Below, in pieces: positions 7,641 through 16,113 of a stretch of 40,629 nucleotides of DNA. The notes under the pieces were generated by a model. The model worked only from the letters and a program-made list of their open reading frames with translations. It was not told where the DNA came from and made no database searches. The translations under genes were made by a program, and so were the position numbers. The stretch is from a virus (Duplodnaviria > Caudoviricetes), in IMG/VR virus record IMGVR_UViG_3300044477_000284, positions 1-40,629 of that record. One strand, given 5' to 3'. Within the stretch, counting starts at the first letter, position 1. Every line of letters begins with the position of its first letter.

Positions 7641-7679
7641 AAAAATACAGGGGTTTTCAGGGCCCTGTTGGGGGTTTTT
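7641..7679. repeat. P element
   Basis: aaaaatacaggggttttcagggccctgttgggggttttt; provides the TGA (7657-7659) of the 7657-8835 gene. Confidence 0.85.
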
Positions 7680-8835
7680 GCTGCGACCAGGACGGGATGG
7701 GGATGGGGCGGTCGCCCTTCTGGCCGCCCGCGGCCCAGGCCAGGGCGGCGGGGGTGAGGTCCACGACGTCGCTGCCGACGACCGGGACGGGGAGGTTGTA
7801 GCAGGAGCGGGCGTGGTCGGTTGTCCAAGTGACGCCCGAGGCGAGGGTGGCCAGGATTATCTTGGCGGCGCCGTATGGGCAGCCGCGCAGGCGGGCCTCC
7901 TGGGCGAGGACTCGCTCGGCCTGTAGGTTGCGCTCGGCGGTGCGGTCGGGGGTGTCCCTGGTCCCCTTGAGGGGGGGCACGGCGCCGAGGGCGACGCGCA
8001 GGGCTTCCTGGGCCGCGGCGAGGGCGGAGCCGTTGAGGAGGGCCTCCTGGACGGCGGCGTCGGTCTCTGCGGTGGCGGCTCTCTCGGCAGCCCCGGCGGC
8101 GATCTGCGCGTTGGCCGCGGCAGAGGACGCAGTGGTGCCCGCGGTGCGGGCGGCCTCGGCGGCGGCAATGGCGGCTGTGGCTGAGGCCTGGGCTTGTTGG
8201 GTGGCTTCAGCTGCGCGGGTCGCGGCCTGCGCGGCTACCGTGGCCAATTGCTGGTTGAGCCAGTCCACGATCTCTGGAGCCCAGCGGCGGACGGTGGCCT
8301 GTTGGGGGGTCTCGTCCCTGGGCGGGAGGGCCGTCGAGAGGGCTGTCAACTCGGCTATTTGCTCGTCGGCACGGCGGGAGGCGAGGGCGTGTCCCACGAG
8401 GGCCTTGGCTTCAGCGGGGTGGGCCGCCAGGGCCGCCTCCCAGGTCCAGGAGGGGCAGCATAGGAGTCTGGCGACCCAGTCTGCTCGTGTGTCCTGGCGG
8501 TGGTCAATCCACCAGGCGGCGCGCTGGGTCTTGCGGGGGTCTTTGCCGCCAGCCTTGACGATCTGGTCCATGATCTCCCAGTGTGCGTCGATCGCGGTGC
8601 GGCGGAGGGTCTCGGCCCATTGGATCTGACGCTCGGTGCCGATGAGGTCAGGCAATCCCTCTTTGCGTGAGGCGTGGGCTGCCTGTCTGGAGGCTTCGGC
8701 TCGCGCGGCGGCCTCGCACTCCTTACAGACGCCCTGGGCAATCCCGGCGGCCTTGCGGTCGCGGTCTTTGTGCGGTCCATAGAGTTGGTGCTGCTCGGTG
8801 TGGCCACAGGACATCTCGATCTCTGGCCATGCCAT
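7657..8835 (-). CDS. Hypothetical phage protein with N-terminal Zn-binding motif and Ala-rich coiled coil
   Basis: SCGH...CKEC; LPDLIGTERQIQWAETLR; AAGGAG RBS at ATG 8835. Confidence 0.75.
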   Translation of the reverse strand: MAWPEIEMSCGHTEQHQLYGPHKDRDRKAAGIAQGVCKECEAAARAEASRQAAHASRKEGLPDLIGTERQIQWAETLRRTAIDAHWEIMDQIVKAGGKDPRKTQRAAWWIDHRQDTRADWVARLLCCPSWTWEAALAAHPAEAKALVGHALASRRADEQIAELTALSTALPPRDETPQQATVRRWAPEIVDWLNQQLATVAAQAATRAAEATQQAQASATAAIAAAEAARTAGTTASSAAANAQIAAGAAERAATAETDAAVQEALLNGSALAAAQEALRVALGAVPPLKGTRDTPDRTAERNLQAERVLAQEARLRGCPYGAAKIILATLASGVTWTTDHARSCYNLPVPVVGSDVVDLTPAALAWAAGGQKGDRPIPIPSWSQQKPPTGP

Positions 8836-8861
8836 GATGGGGGTCTCCTTGCTGAGGATAG

Positions 8862-9365
8862 TTAATTGATGCAAGACCTGTCGTAATACTCCCGACCAAG
8901 CCGAGAGTTGATCTCTTCGAGCAGCAGGTCCAGGCGGTCCCGCCGGTGAGACCGGCAGGCGTCGGCGTAGGATTCGCGGGTCATGTTTTCGTAGGGCTCG
9001 GGGGGCGCCCCAAAAAACTCGGTGACCATGTAATCGCGATCCTCGGTGGTGTATCTGTTGACCTTCGCGTCGCGCTCGACCTCGGCGCTGGTGCGCTGAG
9101 CCAGGAGGGTCAACTCCGAGATAGTCAGGTAGGGCATCAGTACGCGGACCTTGTCGTGATCCCAGAGGACGGTTAGCGCCAGGTCCAGGGCGATCTCACA
9201 CGACCCAGCCAACATAAGGGCCTCTGAGAGGATCGTGGCGCTGTCACAATCGCGGGCGATGCTGTAGAGGGCTACTTGCTTGCGGGTGTAGGTCAGTACG
9301 GCCTGATTGGTGAGGTGGTCTCTCGATACTGTAATGTCTGTAATGTCTGTAACGTTGCTGGTCAT
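8862..9365 (-). CDS. Hypothetical protein
   Basis: 167-aa ORF; its initiation region AGGAGACCCCCATCATG is identical to that of the next gene downstream. Confidence 0.7.
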   Translation of the reverse strand: MTSNVTDITDITVSRDHLTNQAVLTYTRKQVALYSIARDCDSATILSEALMLAGSCEIALDLALTVLWDHDKVRVLMPYLTISELTLLAQRTSAEVERDAKVNRYTTEDRDYMVTEFFGAPPEPYENMTRESYADACRSHRRDRLDLLLEEINSRLGREYYDRSCIN

Positions 9366-9424
9366 GATGGGGGTCTCCTATCTGCTTCTGTTTTCCCCGA
9401 CCTCAAGGCCGGGTGGAATCCTTA

Positions 9425-9814
9425 CTACACACGCTCGACCAAGGTCGAGTCAAATACGATCAGCCCGTCGGGGGTGCGCACGGCCATGATCCCGCGCGGC
9501 TCCAAGACCTTGTCCCAGACCACCTGGACCGCGTCCGCGCAGTCCCAGAGTCCGGCACTGTCCACGATACTTGATGGGGAGATGAGGGCGGCGATATCCT
9601 GGGCGTTGTCGCGCAGGTAACTGTCGTCGCAATCTGCCAAGCCTTCCGCGGCCGCATCTACCAGGGATGAGGCGTCAACAGCCCCTGTATCGCTGGCTCT
9701 ATAGGCATACTGTCCATAACCACAGCAGACAGTCTCGCGATCGGCTGCGAGCATCATCCATGGGACATCTTTGATCCCCGTATCTGAGTTGCTATACCGC
9801 CAGTAGTCGGCCAT
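9425..9814 (-). CDS. Small acidic hypothetical protein, first gene of the leftward accessory operon
   Basis: Asp-rich 129 aa; GGGAGG RBS; directly downstream of a strong promoter. Confidence 0.75.
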   Translation of the reverse strand: MADYWRYSNSDTGIKDVPWMMLAADRETVCCGYGQYAYRASDTGAVDASSLVDAAAEGLADCDDSYLRDNAQDIAALISPSSIVDSAGLWDCADAVQVVWDKVLEPRGIMAVRTPDGLIVFDSTLVERV

Positions 9815-9843
9815 GAGACTGCCCTCCCCTTACATTATGCGTC

Positions 9844-9892
9844 ATATTACATCTCTGGGCTCTACGTGTAAAGTGTTTTTTTATTTTTTTTT
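9844..9892 (-). promoter_or_regulatory. Strong sigma70-type promoter with an UP-like A tract
   Basis: On the - strand: A tracts, TTTACA (9872-9867), 17 bp, TAATAT (9849-9844). Confidence 0.75.
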
Positions 9893-10101
9893 GATACTCT
9901 GGATAAGGATGTTTCCGGGCAGATCTCTTGAGGGTTATAGCTTGCGATCTTGTCTTGCGTATCACCAGACTGTTTCCTGGTGTCTATTCCCAGGGGGTGC
10001 GCTTTGCTTTCTCTCCCTCCAGTCAGGCCTCATCTTTTTCTGTTTCTTTTTTCCGTATTGGTTTGATTTTAGCATTATCCGTGCCAATAACTAATTGGGT
10101 T

Positions 10102-10158
10102 GGGTCCTTTCTGGGGGTGGGCCGCGCGGTGGGCGACGCCCCCATTTCGATACTTTTC
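10102..10158 (+). other. Putative cos packaging site (cosQ/cosN-like)
   Basis: GGGTCCTTTC...GGGCGAC...TTTCGATACTTT resembles lambda GGGTCCTTTC...GGCGAC...TTTCGCTATTT; upstream of a GpA-type terminase. Confidence 0.55.
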
Positions 10159-10412
10159 TGCACAAAACCGGTGAAATGGTAAGTAAGTAAGTACGACAGG
10201 CGGGGTGGTTTGGGGGCGAGGGTGCGGTTGGGGTGTGGTTTGGCCCGAGATGGGGTGTGTTGGGGGTTCCAGTGGAGGTTGAGGGAGGGTGGTATTGGCG
10301 GTTTTGGACGGGGGTGGATGCAGTATTTTGGCGGGTTTTTGTTTGACTGGTGGGTGTGTTTCGCTTTTTCTTCGTGTTGCGGGTATTTTGGGGGCGAAAG
10401 GGGGTAGGAATC

Positions 10413-11264
10413 GTGGTTTCTCGAGGTCCGGTGCGGTGGTTTGGTGGGAAAGGAAACATGGTGGCGAAGTTGCTTCCTTTGATTCCTGAACATCGTCGAT
10501 ACGTGGAGGTGTTCGGTGGGGGTGCGGCGTTACTTTTCGCAAAGGAACCGTCTGAAATCGAGGTTTACAACGATCTGGATGAGGGTCTGGTTCATTTCTA
10601 CAGAACTCTCCAGCGAGAAGAGACGATGTGGCCGCTTCTTCGGAAGTTGTTCCTCTCACCTTACGCGCGAGCGGATTACGATGCGGCGCGGGCGACCTGG
10701 AAGGACGAGCAAGATCCGGTGGAACGAGCCTTCAAGTGGTATAAAGTGGCCCGGTGGAGTTTCGGAGGGATTTTCGGGAATTCCTTCGGGACTGTGACTT
10801 CTTCAAGCACACGCGGTATGGCCCAGACGGCGGGTGGTTGGATTTCTACGCTGGAGAGTTTCCCGAGATTTCACGCCCGGATCATGCGGGTTCAGGTGGA
10901 GAAGCAGGACTGGAGGACGATTCTCAAGCGTTACGATTCTAAGGAGACCTTTTTCTACTTGGACCCTCCTTACGTTCCCGAGACCCGCAAGGGTGGCAGT
11001 TATGCGCATGAGTTGAATGAGGCGGATCATGTGGATCTGGTGTCGCGTTTGCTGTCGGTTGAGGGCTGCGTTCTGCTTTCGGGTTATCCAAATCCCGTCT
11101 ATGAGGCCCTTCGTACGGCTGGTTGGTCTTATCGAGAGTGGAAGACTGTCTGCTCGGTTGCCGGACGGACGCGGGGTCATACTTCGGTTCGGAAGGACGA
11201 TCTGGTTCGGACTGAGGCAGTGTGGTTCAATTATGGGGACTCGGGGGGATTGGGGTTGAATTGA
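10413..11264 (+). CDS. DNA adenine methyltransferase (Dam/D12 class), orphan
   Basis: WFGGKG, YVEVFGGGAALL, VYNDLD and FFYLDPPY motifs; likely GTG start at 10413. Confidence 0.92.
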   Translation: MVSRGPVRWFGGKGNMVAKLLPLIPEHRRYVEVFGGGAALLFAKEPSEIEVYNDLDEGLVHFYRTLQREETMWPLLRKLFLSPYARADYDAARATWKDEQDPVERAFKWYKVARWSFGGIFGNSFGTVTSSSTRGMAQTAGGWISTLESFPRFHARIMRVQVEKQDWRTILKRYDSKETFFYLDPPYVPETRKGGSYAHELNEADHVDLVSRLLSVEGCVLLSGYPNPVYEALRTAGWSYREWKTVCSVAGRTRGHTSVRKDDLVRTEAVWFNYGDSGGLGLN

Positions 11265-11313
11265 TTGATTTTGGGGGTTGACGGGGGGTGGGTTTTGGGG
11301 TTATAGGTGGGGG

Positions 11314-11369
11314 GCCCTGGACAGCACGCGTCTTGCGACGCGGGATCGTGCTTTTCAGGGCTTTTTTTT
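11314..11369 (+). terminator. Long hairpin plus T8, just downstream of a promoter-like sequence
   Basis: GCCCTG...GCACG-CGTC-TTGC-GACG...CGTGC...CAGGGC then TTTTTTTT; TTGACG at 11278 and TATAGG at 11302 lie upstream. Confidence 0.6.
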
Positions 11370-11508
11370 ATGGGTCTCCTCCCTTCTCTGCTCGACAAGT
11401 TCCTTTTGTCCTTCCTCTGTGTGGCTCCTGCCATCCCCCGAGGAAAGTGGGGATTTCTGCGTTCCAAGCCCGTATTTTCCCTGAAAAGCACTTTCCCGGG
11501 GACTTGAC

Positions 11509-12222
11509 ATGAGCAAAACCCCGGTTCGGAAGCCCAAGCGGAAGGCTCAGGCACCGGCGCCCGTTTCCCGGGGCGCTTCCGTGTCGGTTCTTCCGGAAGA
11601 CGAGGACCTGGCGCGGGTGGCGAGTGAGAAAATTGCCTCCGGCGATAAGGTTTCACGGGCCGAGCGTCAGGCGTTTCGCCGGGTGAACAAGGCTCGCGAG
11701 GAGGAATTGCGCGGGAGGTTTTACGAGACGGTGAGCAAGCGCGATTATGTGGCGCTGAGCGGCCGTCAAGTGAAGGTCCTGAACGAGCAGGCGGAGCGTT
11801 ATAACATTCCGCTTCAAGGGCCGGTGGTGAATCTTTACCGGGTTTTGTCCCGTATGCACTCGATTCTGGCGGAGAACCGCCATGTGTTGAAGGTTACGGG
11901 GTCGGTGAGCGGGGGCGACCCGCTTCTGGACGGCGGCGCCGCGGCGATCACTTCTCCGAACTTGGAGAAGTACCGGGGCGAGAAGGCGGCTCTGGCCCGG
12001 TTGGAGCGTCTGGAGCGGGAGGGGGTGCTCATCAAGCGGGATCGGGTGCGTGAGGCGTTGACTAGGCTGGCTTATATCTTGAGGTCGGCCATGGACACGT
12101 TGCAGCGGTCTTGCGGGGAACCGGGGCGGGAGATTCTGGAAGAGGCTCTGGTCGAGTTCGAGCGGCAGATGGGGACGTTGTTCGGGGAGGGGGACGATCT
12201 GTATGCCGACAGTTCTGAGTGA
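11509..12222 (+). CDS. terS: Terminase small subunit (Nu1-like)
   Basis: Position before terL; LEKYRGEKAALARLERLEREGVLIKRDRV coiled-coil motif typical of the Nu1 family. Confidence 0.8.
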   Translation: MSKTPVRKPKRKAQAPAPVSRGASVSVLPEDEDLARVASEKIASGDKVSRAERQAFRRVNKAREEELRGRFYETVSKRDYVALSGRQVKVLNEQAERYNIPLQGPVVNLYRVLSRMHSILAENRHVLKVTGSVSGGDPLLDGGAAAITSPNLEKYRGEKAALARLERLEREGVLIKRDRVREALTRLAYILRSAMDTLQRSCGEPGREILEEALVEFERQMGTLFGEGDDLYADSSE

Positions 12223-14308
12223 ACCGAAACAACAGACGAAACCGATTTCAACCACGAAAAACACGAAAGACACGAAAACCGCGACCGCTTACGCGGGCGA
12301 GACGCCCGCGCTCCCAGTTCGTTCTCCCCTGCTGGAAGAGTTGCGTTTGTTTGTGCGCGCCTCGCGGGCTCCCAAGTGGCGGACGATGCGGCAATTTGCC
12401 GAAGAGGAGATCATCCTCCCGAGCGGTCCGTTCAAGGGCCGGCATTTTCGCGTGAAGTATCAGCCGTATTCCGGGTTGTGGTTTGACGCGGTGGACTCGG
12501 GGAAGTGGCACAAGTTTGCGGTGACCGGGCCATCCCAATCCGGGAAAACGCTTTGCGCGAGTATCATTCCCTTGGCTTATTTTCTCTTCGAGGTGGTCGA
12601 GACTGTTCTTTTCGGTATTCCCGATATGGAAATGGCTGCGGACAAATGGCAACAAGATATTTTACCAGCACTGGAGCAAACCCGGTATAGCAAACTGCTT
12701 CCTCTTCGTGGTCCTGGCAGCCGTGCCGGCGGGAAGATGCAAAGCGTTTCGTTTCGGAATGGGACGACCCTTCGTTTTATGTCCGGGGGTGGCGGCGACA
12801 AGAGCCGCGCGGGTTATACGGCGCGCATTATCCTTCTCACTGAGGCAAACGCTTTTGGAAAGGCTTCGAAGACAAGTCAAGAGGGCGATCAGGCTTCCCA
12901 GTTGTTTGCCCGTGCCCAATCTTTCGGTTCCAATGGTCCGAAGCCGTTTGAGTTGGCCGAATGCACTCAAGAGACAGAAGAATCGCTTATTCACACGCGG
13001 TACTCGGCAGGCACCGCCAGCCGGATTGTCTGCCCCTGTGTGCATTGCGGGGTCTATGTCTCGCCCGAGCGGGAGCATTTTTCGGGGTGGCAGGAGTGCC
13101 AGGATATTCTGGAGGCTCGGGAGAAGGCCCGGTTTTACTGTCCCGAGTGTGGTCTTGAGATTGACGAAACGGCGCGGCGGTGGATGGTCGAGCGGTCGAA
13201 ACTGGTGCATAAAGGGCAGCGTGTGGACCCGGATGGAACGATCGTTGGGGACGATCCCCGGACCGATACGCTGGGTTTCAGGTGGAGCGGTTTCCACAAT
13301 CTTTTTCTTTCCTGCGCAGACCTTGGGGAGAAAGAGTGGTCCGCGAGCCAGGAGGAGGAGGAGGAGAAGGCGGAAAAGAAGATGTGCCAGTTTGTCTGGG
13401 CGAATCCGTATGTTTCTCCGGTGCTCGAGGAGGTGGAGTTGTCGAGTTCTTCCCTGGTGGCTCGACAGAGTTCGTATCCGAACCGGCTGGTTCCAGACGA
13501 TGTTTCGATTTTGACGGTTGGGGTGGATCTTCACAAGTTCTTCGGCTGTCTCGGGGTTGTCGGGTTCGGAGAAAAGAGACTCTTTTGCATTGATTACAGC
13601 ACCTTCGATGTTCCATCAAAAGACATGGCGGAAGAAAAAGCCTTACTGACGGCTCTTCTGGAGATTGAAGAGGTGATGAATGCGGGGTGGCCGAAGGAAA
13701 GCGGGGGCGTGGCGTTCCCAAACCTGGTGGGGATTGACTCGGGCTATAACCCGGCGGTGGTTTACAAGTTCTGCCGGGAGGCGAACGCCCGTCTGGGTTC
13801 CCGTCGGTATTTCCCGAGCAAGGGGTACGGTTCGGGTCAGGCGGTCGGCATGGAGCGCAGTTACCATGCTCCGAAAAAGTCGAAAGATGTGGTCCAGATT
13901 GGTCAGGGGTATCACTTCACACGGAAGGACGTGGAAGGGGTTTACCTGGCGCATGTGAACGCCGACGAGTGGAAGACGTGGCTCCACAAGCGTCTGGCGT
14001 GTCCCAAGGAAGAGGCGGGGGCCCTGGTTCTCTATAAAGCCCCCCAGCGGGAGCATTTGACGCTGGCGAAGCATCTGACGGCGGAAAGCGCGAGTCAGGA
14101 GTTTATCCAGGGGAAGGGGTCCATTCGGACCTGGGTTCGGAAACGTCAGGCGAATCATTATCTGGATTGTCTGTATGGTTGCTGCTGGCTGGGTCATTTT
14201 TGCGGTTACCGGCTGGCGGAGTCGAGAGAGGCAGCAAGACCGACGGTGCGGGTTGAATCGGGGTTGAGGGCTTCGCCCCTGGCCCGCCGCGGATTATCAT
14301 ACCGATAA
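12203..14308 (+). CDS. terL: Terminase large subunit (lambda GpA family)
   Basis: Walker A GPSQSGKT, Zn motifs CPCVHC/CPEC, nuclease motifs LTVGVD, GIDSGY and NHYLDC. Confidence 0.93.
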   Translation: MPTVLSEPKQQTKPISTTKNTKDTKTATAYAGETPALPVRSPLLEELRLFVRASRAPKWRTMRQFAEEEIILPSGPFKGRHFRVKYQPYSGLWFDAVDSGKWHKFAVTGPSQSGKTLCASIIPLAYFLFEVVETVLFGIPDMEMAADKWQQDILPALEQTRYSKLLPLRGPGSRAGGKMQSVSFRNGTTLRFMSGGGGDKSRAGYTARIILLTEANAFGKASKTSQEGDQASQLFARAQSFGSNGPKPFELAECTQETEESLIHTRYSAGTASRIVCPCVHCGVYVSPEREHFSGWQECQDILEAREKARFYCPECGLEIDETARRWMVERSKLVHKGQRVDPDGTIVGDDPRTDTLGFRWSGFHNLFLSCADLGEKEWSASQEEEEEKAEKKMCQFVWANPYVSPVLEEVELSSSSLVARQSSYPNRLVPDDVSILTVGVDLHKFFGCLGVVGFGEKRLFCIDYSTFDVPSKDMAEEKALLTALLEIEEVMNAGWPKESGGVAFPNLVGIDSGYNPAVVYKFCREANARLGSRRYFPSKGYGSGQAVGMERSYHAPKKSKDVVQIGQGYHFTRKDVEGVYLAHVNADEWKTWLHKRLACPKEEAGALVLYKAPQREHLTLAKHLTAESASQEFIQGKGSIRTWVRKRQANHYLDCLYGCCWLGHFCGYRLAESREAARPTVRVESGLRASPLARRGLSYR
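12222..12315 (+). repeat. Linker-B array plus REP-like hairpin (cgcgggcgagacgcccgcgctccc), in-frame in the TerL N-terminus
   Basis: Encodes TTKNTKDTKT...AGETPALP in the terL frame. Confidence 0.8.
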
Positions 14309-14320
14309 GGAGATTGGGCT

Positions 14321-14632
14321 ATGGCTCAGGGAAAAGGGAAGGAAGCAAAGGAAACTTCTGTGCCGACGGGGACGCCGGCGGTACGGGCCGAGCGGGGCGG
14401 CGCTGGGACGATTCTTGTGGAGTTGCCGGTTGTGCCGGAGGTGACTCGGGCGCGGATCTTTCATTTGCAGGCGCATCTTCAGGATCGTCACGCGACGGCT
14501 CTGGGGAGGTTCCGCGAGGGTCTCTGGGGGGAGAACGCGCGTTTTCGGGATGGTCAGCCGGTGAGTTCTCCGGCGGATTGCGTTCGGTATCTGCTGGAGA
14601 AGATGGCGGATGCGATGGGGATTCCGGAGTGA
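14321..14632 (+). CDS. Hypothetical protein
   Basis: 103-aa ORF with AAGGAG RBS directly after terL. Confidence 0.7.
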   Translation: MAQGKGKEAKETSVPTGTPAVRAERGGAGTILVELPVVPEVTRARIFHLQAHLQDRHATALGRFREGLWGENARFRDGQPVSSPADCVRYLLEKMADAMGIPE

Positions 14633-14647
14633 GGGAGGGGGACGGGA

Positions 14648-14680
14648 GTGGACGAGGTGGACAACATGGACGATGTGGAC
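14648..14680 (+). repeat. Module D (RTGGACnnn x4)
   Basis: Units at 14648, 14657, 14666, 14675. Confidence 0.85.
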
Positions 14681-15044
14681 GGCCCCTCTCTGGATTGCGG
14701 GAAGGGGGCTGTGTCTGAAAGGGGGTTTTCGGGTTTGAAGGGGGGGGGGGTGAAGAAAGACCAAGTGGTATTTGACTACCATTTGGTATTCAGTTGACGG
14801 ATTTTGTTTCTGCTTTGAAAGTGTCCCTTGTCCGGGGTATCGGCGAGGGACTTTTCGTTTCTTGCGATCCCCAACTTTCGCCGGAGGGCTGTCTGGAAGC
14901 CTCTGGCGGACAGGGTGACAGGCGCGGACACTTACGTCCGGTCTTGCAAGGGGTCTTGCTGCGTGGGGGTACCCGGGCGGGTGACTTCGGGGGTCTTTCC
15001 CGCCCGGGTCTTAACAACAATCCAACAGACATCGGGAGAATGGC

Positions 15045-15332
15045 GTGGATTTAGGCTCTCTATCGAAAGAGGAACTGGGGTTCCTGAGCGCGTTGGGAGC
15101 GGTGGCGCTTCAGATTGTTGTCACCGTGTATCACGCAGGGCGCATGAAGCAGCGTTTTGACGATCTGGAGAAGGCCGTGAAGAACGGAATCACGACGAAA
15201 CAGGACAATCTGGCGAAGGCTTTTCAGGAGCAGTCGGCGCAGATCGCGAAGATAGAGGAGCGCTGCGCGGGACGGAAGGACGTGCTGGATCGGATTCAGG
15301 GGGACATTCGGGAGATTCGGGAGAGCCAGTAG
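15045..15332 (+). CDS. Single-TM coiled-coil protein, holin-like candidate
   Basis: LGFLSALGAVALQIVVTVY TM segment followed by a coiled coil; GGAG RBS. Confidence 0.6.
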   Translation: MDLGSLSKEELGFLSALGAVALQIVVTVYHAGRMKQRFDDLEKAVKNGITTKQDNLAKAFQEQSAQIAKIEERCAGRKDVLDRIQGDIREIRESQ

Positions 15333-15391
15333 TGGAGCGGGTGGACTGAGTGGACATTGTGGACGGGATGGACTTGGTGGACTGAGTGGAC
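15332..15391 (+). repeat. Module D x7, starting at the stop codon
   Basis: 9-bp period units at 15332, 15341, 15350, 15359, 15368, 15377, 15386. Confidence 0.85.
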
Positions 15392-15443
15392 AGAGGCGAC
15401 AGCGTGAATTGAGGGGTTTGAGCAGGCTGGATGGAGGGGAATT

Positions 15444-15776
15444 ATGGGTTTGGTTGCTGAGATTCAGGCGATGATTGATCTGGAGAAGGCGGCTGAGGCG
15501 GGGCGGAAGCGTCGGGCGGTCGGCGACGATCTGTATCGCGCCTTTTGCCATGTGAAGAGCGGTCTGACTCAGGGACTTGAAGCCGACTTGCTGACTCCGG
15601 AACAGGCTGCGGCTCTGGAAGATGTGGCTGAGGCTCTGAGCGCTTTCGATTTTTTCTGGGTTGAAAACCCTGCGCCGATTCCGCTGGAGGTGGTTTTCCC
15701 GGAGGCCGAGAACCGGATCGAGGGAGAGAGTTTTCCCCAGGGGAATGATGAGGATCCGGAGGTGACGCATGGTTGA
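15444..15776 (+). CDS. Hypothetical protein
   Basis: 110-aa acidic ORF with GGAGG RBS, overlapping the next gene. Confidence 0.7.
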   Translation: MGLVAEIQAMIDLEKAAEAGRKRRAVGDDLYRAFCHVKSGLTQGLEADLLTPEQAAALEDVAEALSAFDFFWVENPAPIPLEVVFPEAENRIEGESFPQGNDEDPEVTHG

Positions 15777-16095
15777 TGTTGCGAGCCCAGGGACCACGAT
15801 TGACAGCAGTCCAGCCGTTTCTCTAGATACGGCTCGAGACGCTTACCTGGAAAATGCGGACTATGCCGAGACGGGGAGTGTGGCGAAGGCTCGGGCGTTT
15901 GCGACTGCGTGCCGCCGGCTGCTGGTTCTGCTTCCGAAGAAGGCCGGGCATGGGCGGGGCGCCGAGGAAGTCGAGTTCGATCCGCTTCAGATTCGGGCGG
16001 AGCGCGAGGAGTGCGAGAAGTTTGTGAAGGTGGCCTCGGCGAGCGCGAACGGGCAACGGGGGACGCGTGCCGCGAGTTTCAGGAGTTTTCGATAA
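15769..16095 (+). CDS. Head completion / head-tail joining protein (gpW position)
   Basis: Small gene immediately before the portal, as in lambda gene order. Confidence 0.55.
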   Translation: MVDVASPGTTIDSSPAVSLDTARDAYLENADYAETGSVAKARAFATACRRLLVLLPKKAGHGRGAEEVEFDPLQIRAEREECEKFVKVASASANGQRGTRAASFRSFR

Positions 16096-16113
16096 CCGCA
16101 AGGGACACACGCA

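Noticed and set aside
5736-7679. Classical integron attC sites
   Set aside because: No RYYYAAC...GTTRRRY box structure and no integron integrase in the window.
10200-10410. G-quadruplex-like G runs next to cos
   Set aside because: G runs are expected from the general + strand G skew; there is no specific evidence of function.
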